The notes under the pieces were generated by a model. It was not told the DNA's origin, did no database searches, and was given only the letters and a program-made list of their open reading frames with translations. A stretch of 34,981 nucleotides of DNA from a virus. Position numbers and translations under genes: made by a program. Numbering within the stretch: position 1 is the stretch's first letter; each line of letters starts with the position of its first letter. The stretch is from UHGV virus genome UHGV-0117537; one strand, given 5' to 3'. Positions 1 through 7,417 of this stretch are shown here, piece by piece.

Positions 1-9
1 TTAGCAAGG

Positions 10-29
10 TTGTGTACATTTGTACACAA
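10..29. promoter_or_regulatory. Perfect 9-bp inverted repeat (ttgtgtaca-tt-tgtacacaa) just upstream of the TetR-family gene; candidate autoregulatory operator
   Basis: Perfect palindrome read directly from the sequence about 20 bp upstream of the ATG at 50; TetR-family regulators commonly bind palindromic operators overlapping their own promoter. Confidence 0.5.
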
Positions 30-49
30 TTGCAGACAGAGGAAATGAC

Positions 50-586
50 ATGCGTCGCGCTAACGATCCGCAACGGCGAGAAAAAATTATCCAGGCCACG
101 CTGGAGGCGGTGAAACTTTACGGAATACATGCTGTTACGCACCGCAAAATTGCTACCCTTGCCGGGGTACCGTTGGGATCGATGACCTACTATTTTTCAG
201 GAATTGATGAGTTGTTGCTGGAGGCGTTCAGCAGTTTTACTGAGATTATGTCCCGGCAATATCAGGCATTTTTTAGCGATGTTAGTGATGCTCAAGGCGC
301 ATGCCAGGCTATCACCGATATGATCTACAGCTCACAGGTTGCAACGCCGGATAATATGGAGCTGATGTACCAGCTCTACGCGCTGGCTAGCCGAAAACCG
401 CTATTAAAAACGGTAATGCAAAACTGGATGCAGCGCAGTCAGCAAACGCTCGAACAATGGTTTGAACCCGGAACCGCCCGCGCGCTTGATGCGTTTATTG
501 AGGGGATGACGCTGCATTTTGTCACCGACCGTAAGCCGCTATCGCGCGAGGAGATTTTGAGGATGGTTGAGAGGGTTGCAGGGTAG
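50..586 (+). CDS. rcdA: TetR-family transcriptional regulator, RcdA/YbjK-like (host gene)
   Basis: ORF 20-586 (TTG-extended); internal ATG at 50 gives 178 aa; N-terminal HTH region ([37 protein letters not shown]) typical of TetR family; protein recalled as RcdA-like from memory. Confidence 0.8.
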   Translation: MRRANDPQRREKIIQATLEAVKLYGIHAVTHRKIATLAGVPLGSMTYYFSGIDELLLEAFSSFTEIMSRQYQAFFSDVSDAQGACQAITDMIYSSQVATPDNMELMYQLYALASRKPLLKTVMQNWMQRSQQTLEQWFEPGTARALDAFIEGMTLHFVTDRKPLSREEILRMVERVAG

Positions 587-687
587 TAGATAAATTTTAG
601 ATAACAAAAAACCCATTTATGTAAACTGATTAATGAAAACAATAAGTTAGAGTAAAAACAATAAGTTGGGTTGGTGGTCAGTGGTGG
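587..687. other. Candidate prophage left attachment junction (attL) with two direct copies of aaaacaataagtt (possible integrase arm sites)
   Basis: AT-rich spacer between host gene stop and 3' end of integrase gene; direct repeat aaaacaataagtt occurs twice about 19 bp apart; position adjacent to int matches P2-like attL architecture. Confidence 0.4.
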
Positions 688-1743
688 TTATGACGGGGTA
701 ATGCCAACCGCTGCCGCCACTTTGTCGCCACTTGGCAGCGTTGCCAGAGGATTGAAACGGAGCGCCGTTTCCAGATGATCCGGTGCCAGATGTGCGTAAC
801 GCATAGTCATTTTTATATCGTGGTGTCCGAGAATTTTTTGTAAGGCCAGAATGTTTCCACCCGACATCATGAAGTGCGCCGCAAACGTATGGCGCAGAAC
901 GTGTGTGAGTTGACCGCGAGGGAGCACGATAGACGTTTTTTCCATTACGGATAAAAATTGAAAATAGCAGTCTGTGAAGAAATTGAATCCATCAAGCGCC
1001 ATGATCTCTTCATAAAGCTCTTTACTGATAGGGATGCTTCTGTTTTTCTTTCCCTTCGTTCTTACAAAGGTAATTCGGTATTTAGTCACCTGTGATCGGG
1101 TAAGGTTTATTGCTTCTCGCCAGCGTGCGCCTGTGCTTAAGCATATCTTGACTACCAGCGCCAGAATTGGGTCCTGACGTTTGCAATCAGCCAGCAGTTC
1201 AACAATCTGCTCATGGGTAAGCCATGCCATCTCTTTTTCTGCGATGGTGAATTTTCGCATGTTCTCCAGTGGGTTTGGATACGACCATTCGCCCAGGCGG
1301 GATAGTTCGCTAAAAACACTACTTAGATAGCTTTGCTCCAGGTTAATGGTGACCGGGCTGGCTCCTTTCTTCCATTTCTCGCTGAAGTAGATCTCACCGG
1401 TCAGGCGTTTATCTCGATAGTGGGCAAACATTTTAGAGGTGAGATTGGTTGCAAGAGGATTGCCTAGAGCGTCAACCATCAGCAGCAATTTGTCATAGAC
1501 ATGCTGCCCAGCAGTCAGAGATTTACCATGTAATTTGAACCATAGCTCAACCACGTCTTTCAGGGTTCGACGATCCACTGATTCGCCCAGCCAGGGCTTT
1601 GATTCGGTTTCTTCCATCGTGTGACGCTCAAAAGCCAGAGCTTCGCCTTTGGTGGCGAATTGTTTACGCACACGACGCCCACTTCGTCCGGCGGGGTAAC
1701 ATTCGCAAAGCCATTTCCCTGTGGTGAGTTTTCGTACTGCCAT
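688..1743 (-). CDS. int: Tyrosine-family site-specific integrase (P2 Int-like)
   Basis: 351 aa; N-terminus MAVRKL..GRSGRRVRKQF and C-terminal catalytic region HVLRHTFAAHFMMSGGNILALQKILGHHDIKMTMRYAHL with terminal tyrosine motif typical of phage integrases. Confidence 0.93.
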   Translation of the reverse strand: MAVRKLTTGKWLCECYPAGRSGRRVRKQFATKGEALAFERHTMEETESKPWLGESVDRRTLKDVVELWFKLHGKSLTAGQHVYDKLLLMVDALGNPLATNLTSKMFAHYRDKRLTGEIYFSEKWKKGASPVTINLEQSYLSSVFSELSRLGEWSYPNPLENMRKFTIAEKEMAWLTHEQIVELLADCKRQDPILALVVKICLSTGARWREAINLTRSQVTKYRITFVRTKGKKNRSIPISKELYEEIMALDGFNFFTDCYFQFLSVMEKTSIVLPRGQLTHVLRHTFAAHFMMSGGNILALQKILGHHDIKMTMRYAHLAPDHLETALRFNPLATLPSGDKVAAAVGITPS

Positions 1744-1813
1744 AAAAAAGCCCTCATATCAGAGGGCTAAATTTAACTGTATATTTGACCAGTAGTCAAT
1801 GTATGGTTTTTAC

Positions 1814-3802
1814 TTAAAAAACATTCTTATCCCCGTGGAAAAAACGTGCAACGTTCAATAGCCAGTCGGGGGTTTTTATTTCATTTGAATTTGCTAGTAT
1901 TTCTAAATATTTTTCGCAAAATTCATTTTTTTTTCCTGGTAATTCGAAATAATCCTCAATAGCTTTTTTTTCTGTAATGTTAAGATTCAAAGCGCCTCCC
2001 GATACTGAAGACTCCATTAACTGTGGGGTTTCCATAAAGGACAAACTAGTTTCTCCTTTAGTGTAAAGCATTTTCAGAGTTTCTACGTAGAAATCAGCAT
2101 TAAGAGACTGCTCAATTTCTGTAGGTGGATAAACTCGATCATCAGTAACTTTAACAAGGCTTATATTAGATAAGTCTTTATCGAGCAAGAGTCTTCTTAT
2201 TTTTATACTTGGTATTGTATCTGTAGCATCATATGGACTATATTTGTGATCTGTATCTAATAATAATAATACTTTTCCTGAGATTGTTGCTTTGCGATCC
2301 TCTAACGCCATAACGAGTAAATTATATATTTTTTTTACTGTAGGGGAGCCACCGACGGATAAAACTATTAGTTTCTCAATGTTTTCATAATCCAAGTGAG
2401 CGGAAATATATTTTCTATCAGTTTTTCCTTCGCACAATATCCAGTTATAATTATTTCCAGATGTTATTGAATAAACAATTGATTGTGCTAAGTCGTGATT
2501 GCTTTTCATTTCTAAAACGTCAAGGCAAGAGCCATTTGACTCTTTTGCTAGTTCCTTTAATTCATCCTTGTAGTTTTCCAGATCGAGTGCTTTGATGTAT
2601 GTTTGAGAGGGGGAAATATATATGGCTGTACCTGAGCCTGTAACAGGTAAAAAACCATACCAATGAGTTGTACAAATAGTCTGTATGCCTAGGTCGCTAA
2701 TTTTTTTTATTTTATCAAATTGATTAAAACATGATGTGGCATGTAAGGATAATTCAGGTTCATCAACAGCAAGAATTGTTGAGTGCTGAGATTTTTGTGG
2801 ATTATGTTTTAAGAAATTGGTAGCAAGATCTAGCAATGCTTTTCTTTTTTCTCCTGAGCTTAAATTTTGCACAGGGGTATCTTTATTAACATCATCAATA
2901 TGATGTAATATTTTATCACTAAAATATGATTCAATTATTTTAGATATCATATGACGTTGAGTGAAACTATTTTGTCGCTGAGATGGTTTTTTAAATTGAT
3001 ATCGCCCCTCAAGCTTTGTAGTTAATTGTCTAATAAAATCATTTAAGTGCGAATTTATTGCTGTAATATCCTTTTTCTTAATGATTTTACTGATTTTTTG
3101 TTGGAGATTTTCACCTAATAAAGACTGTAATAAATCGCTTTCAATCCTTGAGTATTCGGATGTGGTTATTTCTGCAGGTAGGTAAATATAATTATAGATA
3201 TCCTTAATTGTTATTAATAGCTTAGGTAGTATATTGTTAAAATGATATTTTTTATTATTCGTCGAACTATTTTCATTTGCGAGATCATCAATTTGCAATC
3301 GATAATCATCTATAGATTCGAAAATTGACATGTAGGGGCGAGGAATATCATTTGCAGTTTCTTTTATTATCCCAAGGGGAATTAATAAATATTCATCTGA
3401 AGAATATTTGTATTCTAGTTGCTTCCTGTGTGATATAAATTTCTCAGCTATAGGACGTTGCAATGTATTAAAAACTTCACTTTCTATTTGCCAAGTGATA
3501 TCGCTTACGATTTCTAATGCTTTGTATAGGGAATTATTTATCTTTAGCTTGTTTTTATTTATTAAATAAATTGGCACAATGAATGGTTCTCGAGTATCGA
3601 AACCTTGACTGCGCGCTTCATTGTTGATATCAAGTCTATTGATATCAGTTTTATTTAGTACAATATCTAATGCTTGTAATATTGAGCTTTTCCCGACACC
3701 ATTTTCACCAATGAGCCAAGAGGATTTATTGTTTAAAGTGAGTGGGATATAATGTTGATTTTTGAAATTCTTGAAATTTCGTAAAATAACACCAATAATC
3801 AT
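1814..3802 (-). CDS. OLD-family ABC ATPase-TOPRIM nuclease-like protein (class 1 OLD-like; fused PARIS-like not excluded); candidate anti-phage defence cargo
   Basis: 662 aa; Walker A GENGVGKSS near N-terminus, ABC signature LSSGEKR, Walker B/D-loop ILAVDEPELSLH, H-loop TTHW, then C-terminal TOPRIM-like motifs ILCEGKTD and LLLDTD; gene visibly AT-rich relative to flanking phage genes; sits between cI and int. Confidence 0.65.
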   Translation of the reverse strand: MIIGVILRNFKNFKNQHYIPLTLNNKSSWLIGENGVGKSSILQALDIVLNKTDINRLDINNEARSQGFDTREPFIVPIYLINKNKLKINNSLYKALEIVSDITWQIESEVFNTLQRPIAEKFISHRKQLEYKYSSDEYLLIPLGIIKETANDIPRPYMSIFESIDDYRLQIDDLANENSSTNNKKYHFNNILPKLLITIKDIYNYIYLPAEITTSEYSRIESDLLQSLLGENLQQKISKIIKKKDITAINSHLNDFIRQLTTKLEGRYQFKKPSQRQNSFTQRHMISKIIESYFSDKILHHIDDVNKDTPVQNLSSGEKRKALLDLATNFLKHNPQKSQHSTILAVDEPELSLHATSCFNQFDKIKKISDLGIQTICTTHWYGFLPVTGSGTAIYISPSQTYIKALDLENYKDELKELAKESNGSCLDVLEMKSNHDLAQSIVYSITSGNNYNWILCEGKTDRKYISAHLDYENIEKLIVLSVGGSPTVKKIYNLLVMALEDRKATISGKVLLLLDTDHKYSPYDATDTIPSIKIRRLLLDKDLSNISLVKVTDDRVYPPTEIEQSLNADFYVETLKMLYTKGETSLSFMETPQLMESSVSGGALNLNITEKKAIEDYFELPGKKNEFCEKYLEILANSNEIKTPDWLLNVARFFHGDKNVF

Positions 3803-3822
3803 TTTTTGTCCTTTAAAATTAA

Positions 3823-4413
3823 TTATTTACAGGTCATAATCACTTTAGCGATGATATTAACATCACTGATATTGCACTCTATTTTTTTTGATTTTGACTC
3901 TAGCATTATGCGGTTATTAGGTAACCTCATTAATTCTCGAACAGAATATATACCGTCAATGGCAATCAACCATAACCCATCATCAATCTCATCCACACCT
4001 CGTCTCACGACATAAGTTATATGCTCATGCTCAAGAGCTGAGATATCTTTTAGGTCATTTGGCAATAGTGATAAATCAAAAATTAAATAGCCATTATCAA
4101 TCAGTTTGCCATCGATAATTTTCTCTCTGGTCAGGCTTACAACATGCGATTTTGCATCCACATACATGGGGCCTTCAGCTGCGGATAGCCAACGAAGTGA
4201 AATACCTGTTTCTAACGCACATTGAATTATCCAATCAGCGGGGAATGTATCTCTCATATATCGATTAGCTAACGTGCTTTTAGAAACACCAAGATGTTCA
4301 GCCAAAGCCTGTCGTGTCGTAAAGCCATAAGCTTCGACTAATCGCTCAATCGCAGCCTTACCACCTTTATTGGGATTTATTTTGATCTCACTTGGGTACT
4401 TTGATGTTGACAT
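3823..4413 (-). CDS. cI: Prophage immunity repressor, 186 CI-like (HTH N-terminal domain)
   Basis: 196 aa; N-terminal HTH (FTTRQALAEHLGVSKSTLANRYMR); divergent from Apl/CII-like genes; size matches 186-type CI rather than 99-aa P2 C. Confidence 0.75.
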   Translation of the reverse strand: MSTSKYPSEIKINPNKGGKAAIERLVEAYGFTTRQALAEHLGVSKSTLANRYMRDTFPADWIIQCALETGISLRWLSAAEGPMYVDAKSHVVSLTREKIIDGKLIDNGYLIFDLSLLPNDLKDISALEHEHITYVVRRGVDEIDDGLWLIAIDGIYSVRELMRLPNNRIMLESKSKKIECNISDVNIIAKVIMTCK

Positions 4414-4508
4414 ATCTCTTTTGCGATCCTAGTATCAGTTTTGTCCCCATTTGGGTACTTGTCACGATTACTACAGGCTCACCACAAGCCAATAGGAGAT
4501 GTTGCATC

Positions 4509-4730
4509 ATGACCCCTAACATTTCAATAACTCTGAATACGCCACATGTCACAATTGAGCGTTATAGCGAACTTACTGGTCTTTCAATCGACACAATTAA
4601 CGATATGCTGGCTGACGGTCGCATCCCTCGGCATCGCCTTCGGAAAGACAAGAAAAGAGAAAAGGTGATGATCAACCTTGCTGCTCTTACCGTTGATGCA
4701 CTTACTGATTGCAATGTTGTATTCAACTAG
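4509..4730 (+). CDS. apl: Apl/Cox-like excisionase/early regulator
   Basis: 74 aa from internal ATG of ORF 4392-4730; small HTH protein ([38 protein letters not shown]) first in rightward early operon, directly opposite repressor. Confidence 0.6.
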   Translation: MTPNISITLNTPHVTIERYSELTGLSIDTINDMLADGRIPRHRLRKDKKREKVMINLAALTVDALTDCNVVFN

Positions 4731-4762
4731 TTCCATTTTGGGATACATCAGGGGTGTCGACC

Positions 4763-5272
4763 ATGTTTGATTACCAAGTTTCCAAACATCCACATTTTGA
4801 TGAAGCCTGTCGTGCATTCGCACTGCGCCACAACCTGGTGCAACTGGCAGAACGTGCAGGCATGAATGTGCAGATTCTGCGGAACAAGCTGAACCCAGCT
4901 CAACCTCATTTATTAACCGCACCAGATATCTGGCTACTTACCGATCTGACTGAAGATTCAACGCTGGTAGACGGTTTTCTGGCACAGATTCATTGTCTGC
5001 CATGTGTACCGATTAATGAGGTGGCAAAAGAGAAACTGCCACATTACGTCATGAGTGCAACCGCAGAGATCGGGCGTGTTGCTGCAGGTGCGGTATCTGG
5101 CGATGTAAAAACCAGTGCAGGTCGTCGTAATGCTATCAGCAGCATTAACTCTGTAACACGACTGATGGCGTTGGCTGCTGTTTCATTGCAGGCCCGTTTA
5201 CAGGCTAACCCTGCGATGGCGAGTGCAGTTGATACCGTGGCTGGCCTCGGTGCTTCATTCGGTTTGCTGTGA
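4763..5272 (+). CDS. cII: CII-like lysogeny establishment regulator (186 CII-like)
   Basis: 169 aa from internal ATG of ORF 4709-5272; sequence [44 protein letters not shown] recalled as 186 CII-like; position after apl. Confidence 0.7.
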   Translation: MFDYQVSKHPHFDEACRAFALRHNLVQLAERAGMNVQILRNKLNPAQPHLLTAPDIWLLTDLTEDSTLVDGFLAQIHCLPCVPINEVAKEKLPHYVMSATAEIGRVAAGAVSGDVKTSAGRRNAISSINSVTRLMALAAVSLQARLQANPAMASAVDTVAGLGASFGLL

Positions 5273-5279
5273 GGTACTT

Positions 5280-5576
5280 ATGCTGACGAAAGAACCATCA
5301 TTTGCATCGCTGCTGGTAAAGCAAAGCCCGGCAATGCACTACGGTCACGGCTGGATCATGGGTGAGGATGGAAAACGCTGGCATCCATGTCATTCACAAG
5401 ATGAATTGCTGTCTGAATTGACCACGAGGAAACGGAGAAAGTCAAAATGTATGCAGCGGAAAGTGAAGTGGTTTATCAGTTTCGTTACAGAGGGGAGAGT
5501 TATTCAGTACCTGAAGATGATTTGCTCTGTTGTTATCCGTCGTTGTCGGGCGATGGCAGTTACTTTTTCACGCTAA
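5280..5576 (+). CDS. Hypothetical early protein (position of 186 fil / P2 orf78); 3' extent uncertain
   Basis: Internal ATG of ORF 5223-5576; overlaps next ORF by about 130 nt in another frame, so either the end is wrong or a frameshift exists. Confidence 0.35.
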   Translation: MLTKEPSFASLLVKQSPAMHYGHGWIMGEDGKRWHPCHSQDELLSELTTRKRRKSKCMQRKVKWFISFVTEGRVIQYLKMICSVVIRRCRAMAVTFSR

Positions 5577-5671
5577 AAGATGGGACGTTTTTACGGGGAG
5601 AGCAGGTTAAAGAGACGATACGAAAAAATGTATCTCCTCTTGAACGTTACCGTAATAACAAACAACGATAG
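5447..5671 (+). CDS. Hypothetical early protein
   Basis: 74-aa ORF with protein-like composition (MYAAESEVVYQFRYRGESYSVPEDDLLCCYPSLSGDGSYFFTLKDGTFLRGEQ); overlaps upstream ORF. Confidence 0.4.
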   Translation: MYAAESEVVYQFRYRGESYSVPEDDLLCCYPSLSGDGSYFFTLKDGTFLRGEQVKETIRKNVSPLERYRNNKQR

Positions 5672-5693
5672 TTGCGTTTTGGGGATATGAATT

Positions 5694-6035
5694 ATGGCAA
5701 TTAATGGCGCTGCGGCGACTGTTCCATTAAGCCCCGGTGAACGCCTGAATGGACTTAATCACATTGCGGAGCTAAGGGCGAAAGTTTTTGGCCTGAATAT
5801 TGAGTCAGAGCTTGAGCGGTTTATTAAAGATATGCGTGATCCACGGGATATCAATAACGAACAAAATAAACGGGCACTGGCTGCTATATTCTTTATGGCA
5901 AAAATTCCAGCTGAACGTCATAGCATCAGCATTAATGAGCTGACCACTGACGAAAAGCGGGAGTTGATTAAAGCAATGAATCATTTTCGTGCAGTGGTGA
6001 GCTTATTTCCCAGACGGCTAACCATGCCGAATTAA
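5694..6035 (+). CDS. Hypothetical early protein
   Basis: 113-aa ORF in early operon, same strand, non-overlapping. Confidence 0.5.
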   Translation: MAINGAAATVPLSPGERLNGLNHIAELRAKVFGLNIESELERFIKDMRDPRDINNEQNKRALAAIFFMAKIPAERHSISINELTTDEKRELIKAMNHFRAVVSLFPRRLTMPN

Positions 6036-6096
6036 CCAACTAATGAAATTAATGGCGTAAACCCGCCGGGTATCCCTTTATCTAAATTCAGGAGAA

Positions 6097-6336
6097 TTGA
6101 TTATGCGTAATATTGAAACCCTCACGACTAAAACCGGACCGGATGATGCAGGGCTTAATATTTTACTGACAGAGGCTCGTCTGGAAGAACGCCGGGCAAG
6201 GGCTGAAGCAATGGCAGCTCGCCTTGATAGCCTGGCGTGTCATATCACATCCCGCCAGCTAAACCACGTCGAAGCAGCAGAACTGCTGCGTGTGACCGCT
6301 GAAGCAATCCAGAACGAAGCGCAGGAGATCCACTGA
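6097..6336 (+). CDS. Hypothetical early protein
   Basis: 79-aa ORF in early operon; stop overlaps start of TraR-like gene (ATGA coupling). Confidence 0.5.
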   Translation: MIMRNIETLTTKTGPDDAGLNILLTEARLEERRARAEAMAARLDSLACHITSRQLNHVEAAELLRVTAEAIQNEAQEIH

Positions 6337-6563
6337 TGGCTGATGCAATGGATCTCGTACAGCAGCGAGTTGAAGAAGAACGCCAGCGTCATATCCGTGC
6401 TGCCCGTGCCAAAACGCCGGGCGTGTCCCGCGTGCTTTGCGTTGAGTGTGAAGCGCCAATTCCGCCAGCACGCCGCCGTGCCATTCCGGGTGTGCAACTT
6501 TGCATTACCTGTCAGGAAATCGCAGAGCTGAAAGGCAAACATTACAACGGAGGTGCTGTATGA
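6336..6563 (+). CDS. TraR/DksA-family C4 zinc-finger protein (P2 orf82-like)
   Basis: 75 aa with CxxC...CxxC (CVECEAPIPPARRRAIPGVQLCITCQ) characteristic of TraR/DksA zinc fingers found in P2-like early operons. Confidence 0.75.
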   Translation: MADAMDLVQQRVEEERQRHIRAARAKTPGVSRVLCVECEAPIPPARRRAIPGVQLCITCQEIAELKGKHYNGGAV

Positions 6564-7417
6564 GCACCATCCTGAAATGGGCGGGAAATAAAACCGCCAT
6601 TATGTCCGAACTGAAAAAACATCTTCCTGCTGGTCCGCGACTGGTTGAACCTTTCGCGGGTTCCTGTGCAGTGATGATGGAGACGGATTACCCCAGCTAT
6701 CTTGTTGCGGATATTAATCCTGATTTAATCAACCTCTATAAAAAGGTTGCTGCTGATTGTGAGGCGTTTATATCTCGTGCCAGAGCTTTATTTGAGGAAG
6801 CAAACAGAGAGGTGGCTTATTACAACATAAGGCAGGAGTTTAATTACTCCACTGAAATTACTGATTTCATGAAAGCGGTATATTTTCTGTATCTCAATCG
6901 TCATGGTTACCGTGGGTTATGTCGTTATAACAAGAGCGGGCATTTCAACATTCCATACGGTAATTATAAAAATCCGTATTTCCCTGAAAAAGAAATTCGC
7001 GCATTTGCAGAGAAAGCCCAGCGAGCAACGTTTATCTGCGCCAGCTTTGATGAAACGCTGGCGATGCTGCAGGTGGGGGATGTGGTGTATTGCGATCCGC
7101 CTTATGACGGTACGTTTTCCGGCTATCACACTGATGGTTTCACTGAAGATGACCAGTATCACCTGGCATCTGTTCTTGAATATCGATCATCAGAAGGTCA
7201 TCCAGTCATTGTTTCTAACAGTGACACATCCCTGATCCGTTCGCTGTATCGAAATTTCACTCACCACTACATCAAGGCAAAACGCAGCATCGGCGTGTCG
7301 GCTGGCGAGAGTAAATCTGCAACAGAAATCATTGCTGTTTCCGGGGCGCGCTGCTGGGTGGGATTTGATCCTTCGTGTGGCGTGGATAGTTCTGCTGTGT
7401 ACGAGGTGCGTGTATGA
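6560..7417 (+). CDS. dam: DNA adenine methyltransferase (Dam-like, N6-adenine)
   Basis: 285 aa from internal ATG of ORF 6500-7417; N-terminal KWAGNK and FAGSCAV (AdoMet-binding) motifs and catalytic DPPY ([12 protein letters not shown]). Confidence 0.85.
   Translation: MSTILKWAGNKTAIMSELKKHLPAGPRLVEPFAGSCAVMMETDYPSYLVADINPDLINLYKKVAADCEAFISRARALFEEANREVAYYNIRQEFNYSTEITDFMKAVYFLYLNRHGYRGLCRYNKSGHFNIPYGNYKNPYFPEKEIRAFAEKAQRATFICASFDETLAMLQVGDVVYCDPPYDGTFSGYHTDGFTEDDQYHLASVLEYRSSEGHPVIVSNSDTSLIRSLYRNFTHHYIKAKRSIGVSAGESKSATEIIAVSGARCWVGFDPSCGVDSSAVYEVRV

Noticed and set aside
587-687. Possible tRNA or ncRNA gene as integration target at the left junction
   Set aside because: No cloverleaf-compatible structure or conserved tRNA boxes recognisable; P2-like phages commonly integrate into non-tRNA sites
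1814-3802. Gabija (GajA+GajB) or two-gene PARIS (AriA+AriB) as the identity of the ATPase-TOPRIM gene
   Set aside because: No adjacent UvrD-like helicase gene and no separate second gene; the ATPase and TOPRIM motifs lie in one polypeptide, so a single-gene OLD-like or fused architecture is preferred, though a fused PARIS-like protein cannot be excluded without a profile search
3806-4015. 69-aa plus-strand ORF overlapping the 3' part of the repressor gene
   Set aside because: Antisense to the repressor, hydrophobic low-complexity translation, no RBS
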